A stretch of 64,000 nucleotides of DNA, from assembly GCA_937874275.1 (NCBI GenBank), contig CALNAU010000101.1, positions 9,288 to 73,287 on the forward strand, in the 5' to 3' direction. This document shows positions 43,341 to 51,607 of this stretch, in pieces. The stretch's first letter is position 1. Each line of letters opens with the position of its first letter. The stretch is from an uncultured Clostridia bacterium (GTDB lineage: Bacteria > Bacillota > Clostridia > Christensenellales > Aristaeellaceae). Under the pieces are notes generated by a model. That model saw nothing but the letters and a program-made list of their open reading frames with translations. It searched no databases and was not told where the DNA came from. A program made the translations under genes and the position numbers.

Positions 43341-44570
43341 ATGCTGATTCTTTCCTGCAATGTGGGCAGCACTTCGCTCAAATACCGGCTCTACCGCCTG
43401 GGGGACCGGGAGGAGGAGCTGGCCTTGGGTCACTTTGAGGGCGTGGGGCGCGAGCGGGGCAGCAGCGGACACCGCGCGGCCGGCGGCGCGCAGGCGGCAA
43501 GCGATGCCGCGGCGCCGGACTACGCCACCGCCATCGGCCAGATGCTGGATTTTCTGGCCAAATCGGGCGCGCTGCCCCCGGGCGTGATGCCTGACTGTGT
43601 GGCCTTCAAGGTGGTGGCGGCGCTGGGCTATACCGGCGTGCAGCGCCTCACCGAGGAGGTGCTGGGCGGCATGGAGGCCCTGTATGCCCTGCTGCCCGCG
43701 CACAACCCGCCCTATGTGGCGGCCATCCGGCAATTTGCGCAGGTGATGCCCGGCGTGCCGCTGGTGGGCAGCTTTGAGACGGGCTTTTTCCAGCAGATGC
43801 CGCCGGAGGCGTATTTGTATCCCCTGCCGGCCGAGTTGAGCGCCCATGGCTTGCGCCGCTGCGGCGCGCATGGCGCGTCCCACGAGTATGTGTCGGGTTG
43901 GGTGGCCGCGCGGGAGGGGCGGGACGACCTGCGGCTGGTCAGCTGCCACCTGGGCGGCTCGTCCTCCATGGCGGCGGTGCGCGATGGCCGGGGTGTGGAT
44001 ACCACCATCGGCCTGTCCATGCAGACGGGCCTGCCCCACAACAACCGCATCGGCGACATTGACCCCTACATCACCTTCTACCTGCACGAAAGCCTGGGCT
44101 ATAGCCTGGACACCATCAAGGATATCTATGCCAGGCAGAGTGGCCTGCTGGGGCTGTCGGGCGGGGTGTCGGCGGATATGCGGGAGATTGCCGCAGCGGC
44201 CCAGGGCGGCAACCGCCAGGCGGCCATCGCCATCGACGCCTTTTGCTATCAAATCAAGAAACACATCGGCGCCTTCGCGGCGGCGTTGGGCGGGCTGGAC
44301 GCCGTGGCCTTTACCGGCGGCATCGGCCAGCGCAGTGCCGTGGTGCGCGAAAAGGCGCTGCATGGGCTGGATTTCCTGGGCATCCGTCTGGATGCCGCAA
44401 AAAACGCGGATTCCCCGCAGGACAGCCTGATATCGGCCGCGGATTCGCCCGTGCGCGTGTACATCGTGGCCACCAACGAGGAGATCGTCATCGCCCGCAA
44501 AGCAAAGCGACTGCTGGAGGACGAAATGGGGTATACTATTGGCGGCAGCGAACACGCTGACCAAGCCTGA
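43341..44570 (+). CDS. acetate/propionate kinase family protein
   Basis: Track ORF 43272..44570 trimmed to ATG 43341 behind AAAGGAG. Motifs NVGSTSLKY, RRCGAHGASHEY, VATNEEIVIA. Confidence 0.75.
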   Translation: MLILSCNVGSTSLKYRLYRLGDREEELALGHFEGVGRERGSSGHRAAGGAQAASDAAAPDYATAIGQMLDFLAKSGALPPGVMPDCVAFKVVAALGYTGVQRLTEEVLGGMEALYALLPAHNPPYVAAIRQFAQVMPGVPLVGSFETGFFQQMPPEAYLYPLPAELSAHGLRRCGAHGASHEYVSGWVAAREGRDDLRLVSCHLGGSSSMAAVRDGRGVDTTIGLSMQTGLPHNNRIGDIDPYITFYLHESLGYSLDTIKDIYARQSGLLGLSGGVSADMREIAAAAQGGNRQAAIAIDAFCYQIKKHIGAFAAALGGLDAVAFTGGIGQRSAVVREKALHGLDFLGIRLDAAKNADSPQDSLISAADSPVRVYIVATNEEIVIARKAKRLLEDEMGYTIGGSEHADQA

Positions 44571-44582
44571 AAGGAAATGGAC

Positions 44583-45413
44583 ATGGAACGAAAAATCATC
44601 AAAACTGTGCAGGGCGTGGCCGCCATCGACGGCGCGGGCGTACGCCTGACGCGCGTGCTGGGCCGCAATGACGTGGAGGCGTTTGACCCCTTCCTGATGC
44701 TGGACAGCTTTGACTCCCGCAATCCGGATGACTATGTGCGCGGCTTCCCCATGCACCCCCATCGCGGCATTGAGACCATCACCTACCTCATCGAGGGGCG
44801 CATCGACCACGAGGACAGCCTGGGCAACAAGGGCACCATTGCCTCCGGCCAGGCCCAGTGGATGACGGCCGGCGGCGGCATCCTGCACCAGGAGATGCCC
44901 AAGGAGACCCCGCGCATGCTGGGCTTCCAGCTGTGGCTCAACCTGCCCAGCCACGATAAAATGACTCCGCCGCAGTACTACGACATCACGCAGGAGATGA
45001 TTCCCGCCGTGCAGGAGGGTGAGGCCACCGTGCGCGTCATCTCGGGCGAGTACAAGGGAAGCCGCGGCGCCGAGCCGCGCCATGTGCAGGCCACCCTGTA
45101 TGATATTTCCCTGCCTGCGGGCAGCACCATCGAGCTGGAAAGCGACCCGGCGGAGAATGTCTTTGTGTTCACCATTCTGGGTGAGGCGCTGGTGGATGGC
45201 CGCCAGGTGCCCGAAAAGACCGCTGTGCTGTTTGGCGAGGGCAACAAGGTCACCCTGCAGGCCACCCAGGGCGCGGACGCGCGGGTGATTTACTACGCGG
45301 CCAAGCCGCTGCGCGAGCCCATCTCCTGGGGCGGCCCCATCGTGATGAACACGCGGGAGGAGCTCAACCGCGCCTTTGATGATTTGAACAGGGGCACCTT
45401 TTTGCAGCACTGA
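44583..45413 (+). CDS. pirin family protein
   Basis: Cupin metal motif MHPHRGIETITYLIEG. The start is 44577 or 44583; AAAGGAA RBS spacing favours 44583. Confidence 0.8.
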   Translation: MERKIIKTVQGVAAIDGAGVRLTRVLGRNDVEAFDPFLMLDSFDSRNPDDYVRGFPMHPHRGIETITYLIEGRIDHEDSLGNKGTIASGQAQWMTAGGGILHQEMPKETPRMLGFQLWLNLPSHDKMTPPQYYDITQEMIPAVQEGEATVRVISGEYKGSRGAEPRHVQATLYDISLPAGSTIELESDPAENVFVFTILGEALVDGRQVPEKTAVLFGEGNKVTLQATQGADARVIYYAAKPLREPISWGGPIVMNTREELNRAFDDLNRGTFLQH

Positions 45414-45421
45414 TGCACACA

Positions 45422-45453
45422 CCGGCCGCACCATCGCGTGCGGCCGGATTTTT
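45422..45453 (+). terminator. intrinsic terminator after the pirin gene
   Basis: CCGGCCGCAC (45422-31), 6-nt loop, GTGCGGCCGG (45438-47), then ATTTTTG. Confidence 0.75.
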
Positions 45454-45514
45454 GTATCCAAAGGACGAATAATGAGCAGCAATATGAACAATCGGGAAGG
45501 CCGCGGGAACAGCC

Positions 45515-46195
45515 ATGGCGGCCTTTAACTGGCGCAGCGTGCCCCATGAGGGGGTTGACTATAGCGTCTATTCGCTGACGGAGGACCCGGCGGCGCCGCT
45601 GATCTGCGTGCTGGCGGAGGAGGCAACCGGCGAGATTCTGGCCCGCGCGCTGGCCGAAACCAACATCCACCTGGCCATGATTGGCGGCACGGATTGGTAC
45701 CGCGATTTGACGCCCTGGCCCGCGCCCAGCCCCTTTGCCGGGGAGGACGGCTATCCCGGCGGGGCGGATGCCTATCTGACCCGGCTCACCCAGGGGATTG
45801 TGCCAGCCATCGAGCAGGCGCTGGATTTGACCCCAGCCTGGCGCGGGCTGTGCGGGTATTCGCTGGCCGGGCTGTTTGCCCTGTACGCGCCCTACCATAC
45901 GGATTCTTTTTTGCGCATCGGCTCGGTTAGCGGCTCGTTGTGGTATGATGACTTTGTTGAGTATGTGCAGCGAGAGCCATTGATGGCGCTGCCGGTGAAG
46001 GCCTATTTCTCGCTGGGCGAGCAGGAGGGGGCCGGGCGTAACCCGGTCATCAGCCAGGTGGAGGCGCGCTCGCAGGCCGCCGAGCAGCATCTGCGTCACC
46101 TGGGCACGCAGACGCTGTTTGAGCTGAACCCCGGCAACCATTTTGTGGACATTGTACCGCGCATGGAAAAGGCGCTGCGCTGGCTTGTTTTATAA
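45515..46195 (+). CDS. alpha/beta hydrolase (putative esterase family)
   Basis: 226 aa. Nucleophile elbow CGYSLAG. Esterase-D/IroE-like layout. Confidence 0.65.
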   Translation: MAAFNWRSVPHEGVDYSVYSLTEDPAAPLICVLAEEATGEILARALAETNIHLAMIGGTDWYRDLTPWPAPSPFAGEDGYPGGADAYLTRLTQGIVPAIEQALDLTPAWRGLCGYSLAGLFALYAPYHTDSFLRIGSVSGSLWYDDFVEYVQREPLMALPVKAYFSLGEQEGAGRNPVISQVEARSQAAEQHLRHLGTQTLFELNPGNHFVDIVPRMEKALRWLVL

Positions 46196-46219
46196 CATTT
46201 GAAAGTGGGGGCATACAAC

Positions 46220-47371
46220 ATGGTGTTCATTGGTCTGGATGTACATAGCGGGCAGCATCGCTGCGTGGTGGTGAAGGACGGCCGGATTGCCGATATACAG
46301 GATGTGGCCGTGCCGCAGGCGGGGGAGGAAACCATCTACCTCAGCCGCGGTTTTATCGACGCTCAGGTCAATGGCTACCGCGGCGTGGATTACAGCGGAA
46401 AAAGCCTGACTGTGGAAGAAATCCGCTCGCTGGTGGACTGGCTGGCCGAAAGCGGCACCCTGCGGCATGTGCCAACACTGATTACCGGCGGCTATGAGCA
46501 GACGCGGGACAACCTGGCGCTCATCCGTGACGCGCTGGCCGAGGATGCGCACCTGCGTGCCGCCATCCCCGGCGTGCATCTGGAGGGGCCCTATATCTCT
46601 GAAATGGACGGCGCGCGCGGCGCGCACGATGCCAAGTATGTGCGCGATCCGGATATTGAGGAGCTCAAGCGCTGGCAGGAGGCTGCGGGCGGCCTGGTAA
46701 AGATGGTGACCGTGGCGCCCGAGCGGGCGGGGGCCGTGCCCTTCATCCGCCAGGCGGTCGATATGGGTATCCGGGTATCGCTGGGGCATTGCCTGCCGAC
46801 GGACGAGCAGCTGCGCGCCGCGGTGGACGCGGGTGCCACCATGAGCACCCACTTGGGCAACGGCAGCCCCGGCATGCTGCCCCGGCTGAAGAATCACCTG
46901 TGGGCACAGATGGCAGAGGACAGGCTGTGGGCCGGGCTGATAGCCGACGGATTCCATCTGCCCGCACCTGCGCTGACATCCATCACCCGGGCCAAGGGGC
47001 TGGAGCGTGTTGTATTGATAAGTGATGTTGGCTCTTTGGGCGGTCTGGCGCCCGGCCAGTACCACTGGGGAGACATCGCGGTGGAAGTACATTCCGATGG
47101 CCACCTGGGCTTGGCGGGCACGGAATATTTGGCAGGAGCCGGGCACCTGCTGGACACCTGCCTTTCGTTCTTCTGCCGCGCGACGGGCAGCACCATCGCC
47201 CAGGCGGTGACGCTGGTCACCGACCATCCGGCCAAAGCCCTCCACCTGGATGTACCCACCGGCCCCTGGCGCGTGGGCGAGCCCGCGGACATCGTGCGCT
47301 TTACCGAAGGCGAGGACAGGCTGCGGGTGTTGGGGACGGCGTTGGGGATGAATAACAAAACCTTTGGTTGA
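46220..47371 (+). CDS. nagA: N-acetylglucosamine-6-phosphate deacetylase-like amidohydrolase
   Basis: Track ORF 46199 (TTG) trimmed to ATG 46220. Amidohydrolase motifs GFIDAQVNGYRGVDY, VSLGHC, STHLGNG. Confidence 0.65.
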   Translation: MVFIGLDVHSGQHRCVVVKDGRIADIQDVAVPQAGEETIYLSRGFIDAQVNGYRGVDYSGKSLTVEEIRSLVDWLAESGTLRHVPTLITGGYEQTRDNLALIRDALAEDAHLRAAIPGVHLEGPYISEMDGARGAHDAKYVRDPDIEELKRWQEAAGGLVKMVTVAPERAGAVPFIRQAVDMGIRVSLGHCLPTDEQLRAAVDAGATMSTHLGNGSPGMLPRLKNHLWAQMAEDRLWAGLIADGFHLPAPALTSITRAKGLERVVLISDVGSLGGLAPGQYHWGDIAVEVHSDGHLGLAGTEYLAGAGHLLDTCLSFFCRATGSTIAQAVTLVTDHPAKALHLDVPTGPWRVGEPADIVRFTEGEDRLRVLGTALGMNNKTFG

Positions 47372-47430
47372 AGGAAATTGAAAATTCATGTAGGATACGC
47401 CATGCCAACATAAAAGATTGGAGAGGTGAC

Positions 47431-48942
47431 ATGGCACTGCATCAGATGGATACTCAAACCGCAAAGAGCAAAAGAATCGCAAAAAAAACGATTGCTTGGG
47501 TTCTTGTAGGATTGTTTGTTGCGACGCTTATCCCTTTGCTCGCTGCGTCTTTCTATAGTCGGCCAATGGCTGATGATTATAGTTATGGCAAAGCTGCGGC
47601 TCGTGTATGGCGAGATACGCACTCCATTGCAGCCGTCATTTCGAGCGCTGCCGACTTGGTGAGCCAAAGTTATTACGATTGGCAGGGCACCTATGCGGCG
47701 GTCTTCATGTTCTCATTTCAGCCAGGCATTTTCTCAGAGAAAATTTACTACCTGTCAACTTTTCTACTTTTGGGCAGCCTGATTCTGTCTACCGGTTTTC
47801 TTTTGTATACGGTGCTTGTTACCCGTATGAAGGAGGACCGCTGGACCTGGATGATCATCACCAGTTTGGTGTTAATGCTGACAATACAGTTTGTGCCTTC
47901 CGGCGCGCAGGCGTTCTATTGGTATAATGGTGCTATATTCTATACGTTCTTTTATAGCATGATGTTGTTGCTGGTAGGGTTGCTGTTGCGGGCGCAGTTG
48001 GTGGCGGGGTGGAAGCTTGGACTGTTGACAACTGGCGCGGCTTTGCTTTCCATTGCCATAGGCGGCGGCAATTACCTGACAGCTTTGGGAACAATCCTAA
48101 TTGTTGTTCTGTTCTGTGCGTACACCTTCATCAAAAAAAGCAGAAACGCATGGGTGAATTATCTCGTACTGGTGCTCTTATTTGCCGGTTTGTTGGTCAG
48201 CGCTTTGGCTCCCGGCAACGGCGTGCGGGCCGATGCCTTGGCGCAGGAAGGGATCCCTACGAATTCGATTCCTCGCACGATATTGATAGCGTTTTATCGT
48301 TCAGCGATGGAAATCCTTGCGTGGACAAATCTACAAACGCTGGCCGTGTTATTCTTGCTGGCACCCTTGCTGTGGCAAATTGCAAAGCGCTCTGCCTTCT
48401 CATTTCGTTATCCGTTGATTGTAGCAGGCATGGCCTATTGCCTCTTTGCTGCGCAGTTTTCTCCCCCAATTATGATGAACTTATATGGGGATGGGCGGCA
48501 TGTTAACATTCTGTATTACTCTTATGTTCTGATGGTTGTTGGGTTGGCCTGGTACTTCCTGGGCTGGTTGAGTCGCAAGACATTTGCTCGCTTTCCTCAG
48601 GGCATTGACAGGATGATTGCCCAGCGTTCACCATATCGCCATGTTCTTATCGGTTTGTGCATTGTGCTCGTTTTGGCGGCCGCTTGGGATGCCAATCAAA
48701 AGGGGTGGCTGAGCAAGGCTGCGGCGATGTCCATTGGAAACGGTCAGGCGCAGCAGTTTGCAGCTGAGCGGGACGAGCGCCTGCTTCAATATCTCAATCC
48801 GGATGTGCAACATGTCGTGGTCAAGCCCTTGTCCGTACAGCCGGATATTTTCTTTGATACGGATTTGGGTACGCCCGATTGGTGGGTAAACAAAGATGTA
48901 GCCATTTTCTACGAGAAACAATCGGTATCGCTGACCGAATAA
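47431..48942 (+). CDS. polytopic membrane protein, GT-C-like/DUF6056-type (putative glycosyltransferase), in a low-GC segment
   Basis: Track ORF 47368..48942 trimmed to ATG 47431 behind GGAGAGG. At least 10 predicted TM helices. First-loop acidic motif SRPMADDYSY. Local G+C is far below the flanks. Confidence 0.6.
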   Translation: MALHQMDTQTAKSKRIAKKTIAWVLVGLFVATLIPLLAASFYSRPMADDYSYGKAAARVWRDTHSIAAVISSAADLVSQSYYDWQGTYAAVFMFSFQPGIFSEKIYYLSTFLLLGSLILSTGFLLYTVLVTRMKEDRWTWMIITSLVLMLTIQFVPSGAQAFYWYNGAIFYTFFYSMMLLLVGLLLRAQLVAGWKLGLLTTGAALLSIAIGGGNYLTALGTILIVVLFCAYTFIKKSRNAWVNYLVLVLLFAGLLVSALAPGNGVRADALAQEGIPTNSIPRTILIAFYRSAMEILAWTNLQTLAVLFLLAPLLWQIAKRSAFSFRYPLIVAGMAYCLFAAQFSPPIMMNLYGDGRHVNILYYSYVLMVVGLAWYFLGWLSRKTFARFPQGIDRMIAQRSPYRHVLIGLCIVLVLAAAWDANQKGWLSKAAAMSIGNGQAQQFAAERDERLLQYLNPDVQHVVVKPLSVQPDIFFDTDLGTPDWWVNKDVAIFYEKQSVSLTE

Positions 48943-48951
48943 TCTCAGACC

Positions 48952-49767
48952 TCACTCGTCGCTACGATATAAAATCTCATACCGCGCGTCCTCCACCAGC
49001 CCCTGCAGGTCGTCCTGCGTGAGGAGGCGGGCCGCGCCGCCCGCCGGGGTGCCCGTCGTGGGGGCATTGAGCGCCCGCAGCAGCCATCCCTCGGGGAAGC
49101 GCAGCAGCCACCCCGCGCCAGCGTACAGCTGATTGCCCAGCGCGTACACGATGACCAGCTCCGCGTCCTCCTGGTAGACGCCGCGATGCAGCTCGGCCAC
49201 GCGCTCGCTGTTGCGCCGGTATGCTTCCCGCGTGGTCTCGTCGCCCACCCAGCGCAACACCGTGTGTACGCGCAGGCTTTCAAGCCCGACAGGGTCCAGG
49301 CGCGCCACCAGCTCTTCAGGAGTGAGGTTTTCTCCGCCGGTCATCTGCAGCTTGCCCTCTACCAGCGTCTTGGGTGTGGGTTCGTCCATCAGGCCGGGCA
49401 CCAGCAGGGACATAATCAGGCTTTGCACCTGCTGCGCCAGCGCGGCGTCCAACCGCAGGGTCAGGATGGGCGCGTAAGCAGGATAATCGCCGCTGGGGAT
49501 GTTGTTCTCCGAGAAGGGGATCAGCGTGCGCAGACGCTCTATGAAGGCCGCCATGTCCATGTTGGGCGCCAGTCGGCTGGCTGCGGACAGCACCAGGATG
49601 CCGTTCAGGTCCGCCTTGGATAACGCTTGGGCGAAGGCCAGCACCACCTCTTCGGGCTTTTCCTTGTAGGCGAGCGGTGCTACGTCCTCGGCGTTGGCCG
49701 CGTAGGGCAAGCCGCCCAGCAGCAGGCAGAGGGTCAGCATCATCGCAAGGGCTCTTTTCATCATCAT
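48952..49767 (-). CDS. hypothetical secreted protein
   Basis: Track ORF 48952..49920 trimmed to the ATGATGATG cluster (49767, 49764 or 49761) after GGAGG. Signal peptide MMMKRALAMMLTLCLLLGGLPYAANA. No motif recognised. Confidence 0.55.
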   Translation of the reverse strand: MMMKRALAMMLTLCLLLGGLPYAANAEDVAPLAYKEKPEEVVLAFAQALSKADLNGILVLSAASRLAPNMDMAAFIERLRTLIPFSENNIPSGDYPAYAPILTLRLDAALAQQVQSLIMSLLVPGLMDEPTPKTLVEGKLQMTGGENLTPEELVARLDPVGLESLRVHTVLRWVGDETTREAYRRNSERVAELHRGVYQEDAELVIVYALGNQLYAGAGWLLRFPEGWLLRALNAPTTGTPAGGAARLLTQDDLQGLVEDARYEILYRSDE

Positions 49768-49903
49768 GTCCTCCATCAGGTCATTTCTTCCCGCACAGTA
49801 TACCCGGCTTTGCGGCCATGGGATAGGCCGGGGGCGTCCGATGGGGTATAATAGGATACACGAAACAACAGGATGACAGCGGCTTGCCGCAAGGAGGGAT
49901 AGC

Positions 49904-50248
49904 ATGAAAATTACCAGCATAACCGTGGGCCTGTCGGTGCAGGACTTGGAGCGCTCTGCCCGCTGGTATCAGGAACTGTTTGACATCAAGGAGGCCATTT
50001 CGCCCGTGGATGGCGTGCTGGAGATGGAGATTGGGCCGGTCTGGCTGCAACTGTACGAGGGCAAGGGCATCGAATCGGATACGGCGCTGCGCTTTGGCGT
50101 GCGCGATATCGAGCGCGCCCACAAGCGGGTGAAAAAGCTGGAGATCCCGGCCGAGGACATCACAGAGGTGCCCGGCGTCATCCGTTACTTCGACCTGCGC
50201 GACCCGGACGGCCATGGCTTGAGCTTCTACGAGATGATAGAAAAGTAA
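49904..50248 (+). CDS. VOC (glyoxalase-fold) family protein
   Basis: 114 aa. AAGGAGGGA RBS. Motifs VQDLERSARWYQELF ... DLRDPDGHGLSF. Confidence 0.7.
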   Translation: MKITSITVGLSVQDLERSARWYQELFDIKEAISPVDGVLEMEIGPVWLQLYEGKGIESDTALRFGVRDIERAHKRVKKLEIPAEDITEVPGVIRYFDLRDPDGHGLSFYEMIEK

Positions 50249-50336
50249 GGATTTCGCGCTTTTCGCGGCCGATGTGGAACTTTCCGCATCGGCCGTTCGT
50301 CATAGTAGCATCACCTACCGAACCGTAAGGAGGGGA

Positions 50337-51539
50337 ATGCCCATGAAACGAATCATCCAAGGGCTGGCGCTGACGCTGGCCGCACTGCTGGGATTGCAGG
50401 GCACCGCGCTGGCCTTCACACCCGCCATCGTGCCGCCGCCGCAGGCATGGCGGGAGCGGTATCAATCCTTCAGCCTGAAGCTAGCGAGCCAATATTTGCA
50501 ACAGGCCGAACAAGACAACCAGATAGTGTCGCCCATGAGCCTGTATCTGGCACTGGGTATGCTGGCCGAAGGCGCCCGGGGGCAGACATTGACCGACCTG
50601 CAAACGCTGCTGGCGGGCGCCGCGGGCAGCCCGTTTGGGCCCGACATGGCCCAGCTGTGGGATAGTGCGTATTTGGACGGAGACATAGCCCGGCTCATCC
50701 CGGCCAACTCGTTGTGGATGAACAAAAAATTGCCCCTCAAGGAGGCCTATATTCAGGGCGTCCGCCAGGGGCACCACGCCGAGGTGTTCAGCGAGGATTT
50801 TGCCGACAGCGCACTGTCCGAGCGCATCAAGGCGTGGGTCAGCCGGAAGACCGAGGGCCTGATTCAACCGGAGCTTCAGCCCTCGCCCGCGGACATGATG
50901 ATGCTCATCAACGCGCTATACTTCCAGGACAAGTGGCTCATCCCCTTTGACAAGGCGTACACGCAGGCTGATGTTTTCCACCTTGCGGATGGCGGGGAAA
51001 AGCCCAATGTGCCCTACATGCATCGGCTTGACCGGGACACGGACTATGTCCGGGGCGAAGGCTTTCTGCGGGCGGACCTGGCGCTGACGGGCGGCGGCAA
51101 AGTCAGCTTGATTTTGCCCGATGAGGGAATCACACCGGCCGAACTGGCGGGCAGCCCGGAGCGTCTGAGTGAGGCGCTGACCGGCGGTACGCGGGAGCAG
51201 GGCAATGTGTCCTGGCAGGTACCGCGGGTGGATATCAAAAACAGCATCAACATGAACGACATGCTGACCGCACTGGGGCTGGGTAGCCTGTTCAGCGAGG
51301 CCGACCTCTCCGGGATTTCGGATGCCGAAGCCACGGTCAGCCAGGTGCGGCAGGATAACCGCATTTTGCTGGATGAAGTGGAGGTCAAAGCCGCTTCGGT
51401 CACGGTGATAGGGGTGGCTATGTCTGCCCCTATGGAGAAGCCCGTGGTGGTAGATATGCACCTTACCCGCCCCTACATGATGGCCATCTACGCCCGGGGC
51501 GGCGAGCTGGCCTTCATCGCGGCGGTGAATAACCCATAG
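50337..51539 (+). CDS. serpin family protein (secreted serine-protease inhibitor)
   Basis: Track ORF 50274..51539 trimmed to ATG 50337 or 50343 after AAGGAGG. Signal peptide present. Serpin landmarks: NQIVSPMSLYLALGML, hinge DEVEVKAASVT, and C-terminal TRPYMMAIY...AFIAAVNNP. Confidence 0.8.
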   Translation: MPMKRIIQGLALTLAALLGLQGTALAFTPAIVPPPQAWRERYQSFSLKLASQYLQQAEQDNQIVSPMSLYLALGMLAEGARGQTLTDLQTLLAGAAGSPFGPDMAQLWDSAYLDGDIARLIPANSLWMNKKLPLKEAYIQGVRQGHHAEVFSEDFADSALSERIKAWVSRKTEGLIQPELQPSPADMMMLINALYFQDKWLIPFDKAYTQADVFHLADGGEKPNVPYMHRLDRDTDYVRGEGFLRADLALTGGGKVSLILPDEGITPAELAGSPERLSEALTGGTREQGNVSWQVPRVDIKNSINMNDMLTALGLGSLFSEADLSGISDAEATVSQVRQDNRILLDEVEVKAASVTVIGVAMSAPMEKPVVVDMHLTRPYMMAIYARGGELAFIAAVNNP

Positions 51540-51550
51540 CGTCGGAGAGT

Positions 51551-51595
51551 AAACAGCGGGGGATTGCCGGTTTGCTTGGCATTCCCCCGCTGTTT
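51551..51595. terminator. bidirectional terminator between the serpin gene and the Bce-type permease gene
   Basis: AAACAGCGGGGGA (51551-63) pairs with TCCCCCGCTGTTT (51583-95), with an inner TTGCC/GGCA pairing. Lies between convergent stops at 51539 and 51608. Confidence 0.7.
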
Positions 51596-51607
51596 CATGT
51601 CCGGCCA

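Noticed and set aside
45472-45528. An 18-codon upstream ORF (MSSNMNNREGRGNSHGGL) with an AAAGGA RBS, overlapping the esterase start codon.
   Set aside because: It is short, has no conservation evidence available, no leader-peptide-like codon runs and no associated attenuator structure. It is most likely chance.
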